In this document: piece after piece, positions 1-11,300 of the stretch | Numbering within the stretch: the stretch's first letter is position 1 | How the letters are laid out: each line of letters begins with the position of its first letter | Assembly (NCBI GenBank): GCA_017654855.1 | Contig: CM030334.1 | Coordinates: 2,418,001-2,482,000, forward strand | DNA from: Podospora anserina | Lineage: Eukaryota | Reading direction: 5' to 3' | DNA: 64,000 nt | Notes under the pieces: model-generated | The model's input: the letters and a program-made list of their open reading frames with translations, nothing else | The model's database searches: none | What the model was told of the DNA's origin: nothing | Position numbers and translations under genes: made by a program

Positions 1-71
1 TTTTCGTCAAAGTTGCCACTCTCAATGTTGGTCGACAGCGCGGGAGCGCCGGTGGTCGAGTGTTCGGCCAT
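1..71 (-). CDS. pma1: Plasma-membrane H+-ATPase, N-terminal 23 codons (gene continues off the left edge)
   Basis: The reverse complement from ATG at 71 reads MAEHSTTGAPALSTNIESGNFDE(K), nearly identical to the recalled Neurospora Pma1 N-terminus (MADHSASGAPALSTNIESGKFDEK). The start context is CACAATGG. It is too short to appear in the ORF track. Confidence 0.88.
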   Translation of the reverse strand, partial: MAEHSTTGAPALSTNIESGNFDE

Positions 72-108
72 TGTGACGCGGTTGTCGGCAGATAAGCTCT
101 GCTCGGGG

Positions 109-360
109 CTGATCGGGACGAGGAGAAATAAAGGTGATCAGTAGGGCGCGGAGTGATCAAGTGATGCTTAGGTAGATATGGTTGTAGGTGGTGAACCAAA
201 GCTAGGTGGGCGGACGCGGCCTCAAAGGTTGTTTTGTTGTGACGACCTTATTAATAGGTGAGGTGGCGGTGATGCGGTGTTGGCGACCACAAAAACCGAG
301 AGAGAATTAGGGTGTAGAGAGGAGAGTTGAGTTTGGACTCGAGGGAGAGCGAGACCTCAC
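109..360 (-). other. Possible 5'-UTR intron of pma1
   Basis: On the minus strand there is a GTGAGG donor at 360, a TACTGAT branch-like motif near 137-143, a pyrimidine tract, and CAG at 111-109, just upstream of the ATG. Sequence signals only. Confidence 0.35.
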
Positions 361-2019
361 GTCGAAGGGAGAGTTAAAAAGGGCCTTCAAGCGTGAAGCA
401 AAAAGAGGAAAGAGAGGGGGGAGGGAAGCGGGCAGTCCAAGTATTTCAACCTTTCCAACAACGCCGCGAACCACGAGCGACCTTTCCCGGCCCTGATCAA
501 AGCTTCCTTGCCCGCTACAAGCTGCGCTACCGTGGGCACAGTACGGAATTGCACGTCCAAGCGAAGGTACCCAGGTACCACCTACTGGACTGGTGGAACC
601 TTCACCCGCTCACCCACTCATCACCCACCCACCCACACTCCATTGCTCCTCCAAAATCCATCCATCCCATCAATCAATCCACTCCAACTCGCCCACTCGT
701 CAAACCCGCTCTTTTGCCTGCCCGCTGCTGCTGCGTGCCTGCCAGTCCAGTGCCCGTGCTCTGTTCCAGCTGCTTGCTGCTGCTGCGATTACCGCTTCTT
801 TCTACCTTCAGTTCCAGGTTTCCCCGACTCGCTCTTTGCCTCCTTCCCCGTCCTTCCATTGGGATGAATGCCTTACACTGTGTGTGCCCCCGACCCTAGA
901 CTGTGCGCTACTGGGCGTTCCTGCAGCATCGGCGCGTGGTCGGCGTTCTGCCGTCCCAATTGGCACTGTCCTTGTCTGCTCTGCCAGTCCTGCTTTCCTC
1001 TTCCTCCGAGACCCCAAGCAACCAAGCAACGGGCATCGCAACCCACAGCAACCACTTGCTACCCTGGTCCTTGAAAACAGTGGGTCGCGCAACTGCAGGT
1101 CACAATCAACAGCGAGGTACCTGGGGTGCGCAATCTGGCCTTGTACCGGCTCCCCACTCTTGTCTGTCCTAGCCCGCCGAGGATGCCGCCATTGCCTGGG
1201 TCCTCGGTACCTTGTCGTGACTCCACTGCCAGGTACCTCCGTCATCCATTCACAGGCCTTGCGTGCGGGATTTTCTGGCTGTGCCTCTGTGGTTCTGAGA
1301 AGCTCTCTGCTTCTGGCAACGAGCTCTCAATGAGCAGAAAAGATGCAGGCATTCAGAAAGGCAAAAAGAGCTGCAAATGCGCGCTTATAGTGAGCCACGC
1401 CCATTAATTCCCTCGCCGCAAGCTGGTACGGCCTGTCCAGAATCCAATTGACACCATGCGCTCCCCGCGACGGCGCTGCCATGCACTGAAAAATCAGATG
1501 AAGAGGGCGAGGCCCGGGGTTGTCAGCGGCGCTCGAGACCTCGTTCGCCAGGCATGAGAAACTGCGAACCGACAAGCTTTGGGGTGTTGGCTGCCCCGTC
1601 ATGGGTCGCCAACCTGGGCCCCCCATGCCCGCCCAGTCGCAATCGGTTTGGCCTGCTCGTCTGACCACTCAGAGAGCGCCTTGTCCTGTGATTGGCCTTA
1701 TCTCACTGGTCGGACCAAGAAACAGAGAGAGAGAACGATTGATGAGAAGCATCACATCACAAGGCGATCAGAAGGACGGGCTTCGGCTTCGAAACCGAAA
1801 ATCCCACCGGTACCCGGCGGCGAGGTATCTTGATGGTTCCTGTGCTCATCCTCGCCCCTCGCCTTCGTCCCTTTTTCGCGGGCAGAAGCCAGCCGGCTCT
1901 TCTCGGTGCGGTGGGGGACCATCCCGGTGAGGAAGGCGATGGAGCCGGGAAGGCTTTCCATGCTCTGCTCACCGGGCGATGGGGCAATCGACGAGCCATT
2001 TGTTTCTCGGTCAATTTGG

Positions 2020-2023
<4 letters not shown>

Positions 2024-2067
<44 letters not shown>
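2024..2067. repeat. (GA)22 microsatellite
   Basis: Read directly from the sequence. Confidence 0.95.
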
Positions 2068-2075
<8 letters not shown>

Positions 2076-4935
2076 AACGACGATGCGATGCTACTACGAG
2101 CATGGCTGCTGCTGGCTGTTCAGACGGGCACACCCGAGCTTTGACAGCACAGCAGTCTCCATACGCTTGTGTTTCCTGACCCTGCTTGCATTTCGCATCT
2201 CGCATGTTATCCCATTTTGGCATGGCATATCCGTAGTCTACATCGGCCTCTCCTGTCTCTTCCAATATCCAATTCAAGATGATGGCAATGCGGTGTTTCG
2301 CTGCTGCTGTAACTGCATATCTGAGCGAGATATTGGCTCCCGCCCCAAATTGCCTCACATGTCGGCTCAGTGGCTCACTCATATCCTCTCTCACACTCTC
2401 ACATATCTCGCTCTTGTTGCCTCGGAAGCCCCGCGGGAATCTGTGTATCATTGGTAAAACCATGAATGATTCCTCCCTCCGACTGGACGGTAACTGCCCG
2501 CTACTGTTACTACAAAGCACACCATCCCACCACACACGACAATCCACCTATATCAAATATGCATGGCAAGTCGCGTGGAGGCGAACAATAAGAACACACA
2601 ATGAAAGGACAGGTCAGATTTTCTTCAATTGTTCGGCCAAAGCGGAAGTGCCGAGGTGTGTGGTCGGCCGCCCTTTCCACTACGTCATTTCTTCCACACC
2701 CATGGGAACCATCGACTCATGTCAGCAACAACTTCCATCCCCGATGACGGCGGCGGTGAGCAAGAGATACCCTACAGCACAGAAAGAGAGAGCCTTGCCT
2801 GTGATGATGATGATCCGGGCTCCCCTTTTTTGGATATGATATTATCAAATCCATTGATCATCAGCCCTGTTTCGGGCCGCAACCCTCCCATTGAGCATTT
2901 ACGACAGTCATGTGGCTTATGGAGTCGCTTATCGACTGTTATTTGTTCAACACTGAACTGACGAGCAAGTTCCCTGCTTGTTCCCGGCTTCTTGATAGAA
3001 AGAAGCATATTTCGGGACTGCCGTTGATGATGTCTTGTCTCCCGGGAAGGTCCCCTCTTTCATCAACGCTAGGTGACCGGCATGAACCAACCCCCATATG
3101 CCGCCCCGTTGTATGGCTGGGGGAAGGGGGTAAAAAGGGACGGTTGTGGCTACCGCTCCCGAGTCGTGGCAAGTTGCTTGTTTTGTCCACGCCCGCTCAC
3201 ACATCAACTGCAATTCCCACTTTGGCGTGGGAGAGGCGAAGAATTCGAAACAGCCGACAGACTCGAGTTGATGGGATCAAAGCAGATGATTTTTCCGATA
3301 TAAAAACGAGCAGAGCAGGAGAGGTGTGGTGGAAGCAGCAATGACAAAGAGGCAATCGCCGCTTTTGCGCTTCAAACATTCATCCAATCTCAACGGTCAA
3401 ACCTCCGTGCCCCCCAAACGGCACTTTGGGGGAACTCAAAAGCCAAGAAAAACAATATTCAGCTGTTTGATATATCGCTTTTGATACAGAGTATATCCCT
3501 TCGGACTACAATTTGCCAGAAAGAACGATGCCCAAGCACACTGACGGGTTGCATCAACGGTACATATCTTGGCACCTTGGATAAGATTGTTGATCCAAGC
3601 CACTTGCATCTACCTACAATGGCAAAAATCGCCAGAAAGTGCGGACATTTCTGACATCTGTATTTTTTTTTTCTTTCTTTGCATGTCGTCTGTGAGTTAC
3701 ATTGCAGCCTCATATCTGTTACCGACCGATTGCATATATACCTCTTTCTCATACTGTGTACCTCTGGGTGTGATCGACATGAGACATATTTCCTACTTTG
3801 CGTGCGTGTCTTTTCTTACCTACCCTCTTCTATCTGGCTGGATGGGTGGATTTAGTCACATAGCTTACGCACTTACCATATCATTATGCTACTCTTACTC
3901 GGCCGCGGCCAAAGAGATGTCGTTTTCTCGAGACTATTGCCCTGGGCGTGAACAATAAAGGTTGCCCAGCCCGGTCCCCGTTTCGCATATATGGCTGCTT
4001 GGTCGGTGTCCATCCAGGTAACAGAGCACACGACAGTCCCCTACGCTACCGCTGTGCACGCTTGCGGTAGTATAGTGATATCCGAACGACCGACCGGTAC
4101 TTATAACACTTGCTTCTCTTTTTGTGCTACCGTTCAACGAATGGCGAATAATAATCTGATATTTGATGTTCAAGTTTTCAGTTTACACTTATCCTTGGCT
4201 TCCCGGTTATTCTCCGGACCCGAATATCAAGGTCAAATATTTCAATCTCAAATTTTGCAGCATGAAGGAAACTTCCGTCTGGGGTTATGCGTATGTGTGC
4301 CGTTGATTTTGGATTCCTTCCCCAGATATGGCAAAATCTGGGGGAACCTCATGCTGTTACTGCTTGCTGTCACGATGGACGACCCGGGGAAATGGAAAAG
4401 CGATGAGGGGGATGTGCTCTCCAGACATGGCTGGCTACATTATCCCGCAAACTGGCGGTCAAGGAAGAATTCTAGAATGTTTCTTGTCAATGCATTCTGC
4501 AATCCCATTTTAGGCGAATCGCATAACCCCGTAAATTCTGTCATATATCTAGCTCATACCCAACCCCGAGGGTTGTTGTCAAAAAAGTGAAGCTGATTGT
4601 TGACTGGTCAATGGCTCGTCGTTTGTCGGAGATGCTGGGCATCAAATGGGAGAACGGCTTTTCGCGGCCGAACAAGGGAAGTCCCCGCGCCCGTGCTTTG
4701 CTAGCATGCTCCGGCTCGCAGGTGTGTGTTGCTTGGCAGCTTGATGGGGGATCCATCAACAGCGCGGGGAATATCCTCGCAATGGGGTTCCTCCAATGAT
4801 CAGGGCTGGAAAAGAACAAGCGATTCGGAAGGAGAACGGGATTCGAGCTATCGAAGGGGAAAACGTGCTCAACGCCCTCTCGTAAGGTCTTGGGACCTGC
4901 TGATAGGAAAGCCTTCCTTCCTTCTTGGTTCTGCC

Positions 4936-4959
4936 AACACACACACACACACACACACA
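4936..4959. repeat. (AC)n microsatellite
   Basis: Read directly from the sequence. Confidence 0.9.
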
Positions 4960-7900
4960 ATACGAAACCCAACCTTCGTCCATGCGGCGGCGGCGGCGAC
5001 GGCGGCGAACAAATGGTGGGATAAGGTGGCTGGAAATGTGTCAATGGCGCAATCCGATGCCTATCGCGGTAAAGCTTCAAGCTCTACAGACCCTCAAGGG
5101 TTCGTCTCGGCGGCCGTTTGACGGTGAACGCACGGGTCACACACAAATCGACAATAACACCCTTGAAGATCAAGTCTTGACTTCTCTCGGCGTGTTGGTT
5201 AGCAGGAGTGGCAGGCAAACGTTCACCGATCCGGGGCACGGTCAACAAGCAGGATTTCAGCGGGATCTTCCGCCGGTCGTGGTTCAAATTGAGCCCCCCC
5301 CCCGGCTCGAGTCGTTCGCTCACCACTGTGGCGATCGCCGACGGTTCCGGCTCCGATGACAGCAAGCGGCGACGACAATGATGGCAACGGCGGCAAGTCC
5401 GGGGAGTATGTGCAATTTTTCTCTCCTGTTTGTCTGGCTGTCCAATGCTGCAGACTGAAATTATGTTGATCGGATCTCGGGGTGATTGGATAATGGCGAT
5501 TGGACGGTGCAGTTGAATAAGTGCACAGACCACTAGCCAAGCACTTTTATGCAGAAGAATGTTTTGTTGCCGCATCGGACGCCGCTCCTTCTGCAGCCAG
5601 CATATGCAAAGGGCGGCATAAAAAGTCTCTCTCGTCCACATTTTCTGTCTCCACCACGTGTGTGGGGTTTCTTCGCGATGTTGCTCGCAGTGGGCACCCG
5701 CTGGTCCCTGCTGCTGAAAGCTCTCCGGCGCTCCACGGGCCTGCTTCTTGGCTACAACTGATCGGGGTTGGCTGGATTCAACTTGGAGCTGCCTGGCCCA
5801 GCGGCGACTCCAACGACAACGGCCCTTCTTTTTGCAGGCTTTCGTAAAAGAATACAACGAGCTGCCGTTCTTGTCTCTTTGAAAAGTCCCGGGGGCTCCG
5901 CTCGAGCGGACATGTTCGGACATTAGCAGCAGGAGAATCTCTCACCAAAACAGCGACAAAGGTCAAACGCGACTTCGGCGATGCGCGGAGTTTTTTTGGA
6001 GCCTCGTCTAGCAGATGATAAGAGCGGGAGAATCGTCAATAATTGCAGAATGTCAGACAATTCGGCAACGGAGACACAAGCCTGCAACCCCCCAACCCAG
6101 CATGGGCCATGGGCCATGGGCCGGCCATACGAGAGATTCTCGACCTCTTCCGGCCGCCTTTCGATTTTGACTGTTCCCGTTCACCACGTCACATCCATCA
6201 GATTTCACAACCTGCCAGTCGCCCAGTTACAAAATTGGCCTTGCCGTTGAGCCGCCCCGGGGAGATGGGGGTTTTAGCGGCCGGGGGATGTTGGTCAAGG
6301 CCCAAAAACGCAACCTCCCCCGCATTCCCCTCATGAGTGAAGTGGCTAGCCAGCCTTGACCGAGAGCTGTTTTCTCCAATCGATCGCCGTGCCGTGTGGA
6401 CAGCAGCGCGGGCGGCTGAACCATTACGCGGGACAGACACCACAATGTGTCAGCAAAGCAGCCAGGCCAGTGAGAAGTTGTTGATGAGTGCTACGAAACG
6501 AAACGAAACGAGCGAACACGGGCAGCACCACCAACCACGTTCACGATCCGTTTTTTTCCATTTTTCCCCTTCTCGCTCGCTTGGGCCGTGGGGGTCAAGG
6601 CAAGCAAGCTTACAGCGGTTGCATCAGGATCAACATCAATAGCACAGGTCTCCAGCAAGCAGAAAGCGGCTAAATTGGTGTCAGGCTGATTAGCTTTGCG
6701 AATTTCTGTCCACGTTTGTGGAATTTCGAAACAGCGCAACTGGGGAACCGAAGCCGCGTTCGTTATAGACCACCTTGCTGGCCTCCTCCCCCTCCCGACT
6801 TCTTCCAGGAGTTGGACAGGCATCCGTGGTGTTTTGGGTTGCTGGGACGCTGACTCTGGCAAGCGGAATCCAACATCCACTTCCCGTGAGCAAGAAATGC
6901 AGGTACCTACGCAAGGAACAAGGCGAAGACGAAGCGCTGGCCCAAGAAGGAAACTGGTCTGACCCATGCCGGGATATGATTCGCCAATCGAACTTTTTTT
7001 CTCTCTCTTCGGCTTTTGTCTGGGACCCACGTTTCCGTCCGGGCTCCGCTCCGCGACCCCTTCCATTTCGCTGGTTTTGCTGTGATGGGAGACAAAGGGC
7101 AAGCTGTGTGTGCTCGGGGCAGCAGCTGGCTTTTGGTTCACCAGCCGCAGCGTAACACGACGGACGACGAGGACGACACTGCAACACGCCCGGTGGTGCC
7201 CCGGCCGCTTTTCTGCAACGCAATGGTGAGGCACAGGCCGGTATTTTGACAGGGCCAAGATAGGGTCCGGGTGATGAAGATGCCGGCTACGATTGCTTGC
7301 TTCCTTGCTTCTGCGGTGTATTAGACAAGGCAAGGTGCAGTTTTAACGGGCGACGGCGGCGAGATGCCGATGCAGCCGCACAGCATTAGTAGCACCTGTC
7401 AAAGCAGGCTGGTGTGGGCCGGTGTGATATACTGCCTGCTGCGTATGGTTCCAGTGTTTTCGATGATCAAGATCGGTACCTTTCAATCTATCTGGTACTG
7501 CGTGGGATGCACGCAGGGTCTATCGTCTAGGATGCCTCGGCATATCACGTTTATTAGAACGTCTGAAAGCTCGAGCTAACGGTTTCGTGCGAGGCGAGGG
7601 GTTGAGTATCCGGCCAACTTGAGGGCATGAGACGGCTACTGGAAGTATATTGCCTTTCGGTTAGCCTTTCGCAGCGGAGACATCTCAGCATTGATATCAA
7701 ATTATTGCTCGTCAAGGGCCTCGGTCCGGGGGCTGAAGAGATAGTCGAAGAAGGAGCATCACAGCCAAGCATGCTGTGGTCTTTCGTTCTATACAAAATA
7801 CGTACGTTGTACATGTCTGTGTAACTTAGTGTAGCTTCTCAGACACACTGTATCACGGCTGGGCACGGATGGGGGAATCGCGTGGCTAGAGGTGATTTGC

Positions 7901-9384
7901 CTCAATCAGTGTATGGCAAGCCAGACTGCTGGTCTTAGGAGGAGGAACCGCACTTCTGTTCCCTATACCAAGCCCGTTGTGCTGGTCGGCTGCCGGGACT
8001 TACACCTTTGATATCACCACCCAAGAGCATACACAAGGTAACTACCCACAGCCAAGGAACGACACGCGGATCTTGGAGTTGTTGTCAGACTGGAACTGCC
8101 GGTGACGCTACACAGGCCATCATCACCTTTCCGTCTGGGCGCCGGCACCATGGTTCATACACATCCATCATTGTCGTTGGAATTCCCTCGAGTCTGACGG
8201 TCTTGTATTACACATCTTTTCCTATCTGTTACACCTTCTCTTTTCTTCCTCTTCCTGCATAAGGTATCTCACTCAGCCAGCTTTCTTTTTGCGCCTCTGT
8301 ATCACCTTGCCCAGACGACCGCGTAACCCACGACGAGATGTCTCATGGGACACATCGTATATTAAAACACACCCACGAAATCAACAATTTAGGTCAGCTG
8401 GTCAACGTATATCACTTCTTGGCGATGGGCAACGTCTTCTTGGCTGTCTGAGGCAAATATCGAGCATCGTGAGGAGGCGGGAGGGGGGGGGGTTGAAACT
8501 GGCATGGTTTGAGTTCATGATTGTGGAGACAAACTTTCAAGCCACCATAAGCACCGGGCCGATTATTGAAGAAACCCGTTGTTATCGGAACCCCATCCAT
8601 GACCCGGGTCTGTGGTTCGTGTTGTTTTTGTCATCAGAAATGCCGGCTTGATATGACTTGGCATTCCTGAGGTTTTTTGGGGGGGGAGTACACTAGGTGA
8701 ATCTGAGACATTGGGTGCTGGTGATCGACTGGCCAAGGTTCTTGGGGCTGGGTTCATATTCATCGATCTTGCAAAGATTGGGGGTCTAAAAATAAGTGAT
8801 TTTCACAATCCCAAGGTGAGGTTCTGGTGATGTTGACAACAACGACGACAACATTGACGATACTCACGACCACCACCACCAACCCTTTGATCAAATGCAC
8901 AAAACCGGCCAAGCTTCCCTTTCCGGCGACTAGCCTACCTAGACTATAACAAACCCACATTATCTAATGTAGCTTGTGCATAAGGTACCACTGGTACCTG
9001 CAGTGGCGTGAGGAGTTTAGGTCCTTCCGGCGCCGGCGGCATACCACTTTCACCCACTTCACACGAAAAAAGGTAACGACAGCATTTTGTACTAATCATG
9101 TACGGGGGCGGCAGCAGAGAGGTAGTATCTGACTCCACAAAAGGGGGCCGCATCGAAGCGCGCCGCAAGGCCGGTTTCCCGTGGTCAGGACTCAGGAAGC
9201 AGTTCATCCGTCAGTGGTCACGCTGTGAGCGCCGTACCTTACTTACATCAGCGCTGGCGCTGGTGTTTGTTTGTATGTTTGTCGCGAGGAGAAAAGGAAA
9301 AGAAGGCGGATCCCATAGATGGGTACCTAGCGATATCAGGATTCCCACTTATGGGGTTTTTGGATGGATAGTGGATATGAGAAG

Positions 9385-9408
9385 CACCGACCGACCGACC
9401 GACCGACC
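9385..9408. repeat. (ACCG)n tetranucleotide microsatellite
   Basis: accgaccgaccgaccgaccgaccg read directly. Confidence 0.85.
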
Positions 9409-10524
9409 GGATAAGAGAGAAAAGAAGCGGTGATGTGTTGTCACTTTCTGTCGGTCGTTGTCTTGGGGACACTCAGAACAGGTTGGCGGGCGGGATGGAG
9501 TCAAAAAATGAGAGCAAGTTTCCAAATGAGCGGTGGACAACAAATTGCATAACTCTCTAGCTTAGCTGTACCGTACTTGTTGGTTTGATGGCTGACCGGT
9601 CCCACACGAGGGCCGGACTTCCCAATGCCGGATCGGACCGGACACTGACACCATCGAAGCATCGATTGGCACCGGCGGTTGTCATGGTCAGCTTCAATGT
9701 TTTGCCGGTTTGGGTTTTCCTGGGGATGAGTTTTGGTGCGTGTATGGGGTAGGTTATGGGGTTTGATGGAGTGCAGTTGACTGACTCCATAGATACTGGA
9801 CAAAAAGGTGGGGATTGGGAGTTTTGGCTGCTGATGAGCGGTCTGGAGATGGGGTGAGGGTATGTTCTGATGCAGTGGGTGGTGGTTTGGTGACATGAGG
9901 GTGGTGATGTGTGCTTTTCTAGGTGTGCTCCGTAATAGGGGTGAGTGTTGTTGTGGTCTGGTGGCAGTATCTCCGGTGTTGGGTTGTTTGGGAGTCATGA
10001 AGGGCTGAATCACTGCCGTCAGGACGATGATTTGACTTTGCTCGTTTGGTTTGGGCGAGTCTCTGCCTCGTGAGGAATATTAGTGCTGTCGCCTGCTGCT
10101 TGTAGCTTTATATGATACCAGGCAGATGGATGGTCGACTTATGACTACTATATATTTTTGTAAAGGACATGTGAATTCAGTTAGACCCAATCAACCCAGA
10201 TTTAGATATACCACGTCAAGCCCCCGAGTCTTCAGCACCGGATGTGACGGAGATGGCCATCACGACGGCATGGGGTTACCAACATGTCTGATCCAGCATA
10301 CAAAGTCACAAGCCATCACACAAACTTACCGAGGCGAAATTCAAGACAGAGACAGCCGTCGGTCTATATTCACGTATAATTCCACATCTGCGATAGCCTA
10401 GCCTAATATACATCATGCCCCAAGAGGGAGTCAAGACACTCTTCTCTTAACTCAAAGATAGCAAGAAAGTTCCTTATCCAACTCGACACTCTACAACCGT
10501 GACCACACTTCCGACTTTCTTTTC

Positions 10525-10830
10525 AGGTCATTTAACCATCTTTGAAGGCCTATCAACCATATTTAAGGCCTTCTACTTATCCTCTAAGGCCATTTAACTA
10601 CCCTTAAAAGCCTCTCAATTATTCTTAAACACCTATATCAAGTATTCAAGGCCTTTTAACTATCTTTAAAGGCATCTGAATCATATTTAAACGCCTCTTG
10701 ACTATCCTTCATAGGCCCCCAACTATCCTAGAAGGCCTACTAGCTATCTTTAAGGGGCTCTTGACTATCTTCGAAGGCATCTTAACTATCCTTAAAGGAC
10801 TCTTGATTATACTTGAAGGATGTTAATTCT
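10525..10830. repeat. Degenerate ~21-bp tandem array, about 15 units, consensus roughly AGGCCTCTTAACTATCTTTAA
   Basis: AGGCC-like anchors start at 10525, 10546, 10566, 10587, 10608, 10629, 10649, 10670, 10691, 10713, 10733, 10754, 10775, 10796 and 10817 (spacing 20-22, mostly 21). Confidence 0.85.
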
Positions 10831-11300
10831 GTCTAGGGCATGGGCCTATGAGGTAACATTGTAATGTGTTGGGAACTGAAGTCGAGGCTGGCATTGAAGC
10901 CCAAGTCATAGTAAGATGGCTTAGGTGGCTGGAAGTTATTATCTTCAGTGACTATTTACGCCTGCAACAAATCTTCAATGGCGATGACTTGGTTAACTTC
11001 TCTCTATTATCTGTCCATAGCGTGAGACCCTCAACCCATAACTCAGAAACACATTCTAGGTCATCAAATCACGCTTCATAATAATGCAAGGGAGCTTCTC
11101 AGCCTGTATCAATAAGTATTTAATATTGCATTGCATACATTTACCCCAACTTCTCTACACAATTATACCCATCCCCGCTACCTCATCTTCTTGACTCCCG
11201 TCCCTTCTCACTCCATAATAACCAAATGCTTGCTTGCTCACAAAATTAACAACAAATGCAAATGCCCCAAAAAACAGAACCGCCCCGTCTAAATCTAAAT

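Noticed and set aside
1200-9000. GCCARG (PacC-type) sites upstream of pma1
   Set aside because: The roughly dozen copies I saw are about what chance predicts over this length on both strands.
387-10401. Numerous 60-280 aa ORFs upstream of pma1
   Set aside because: No codon bias, domains or coherent splice models; many run through microsatellites.
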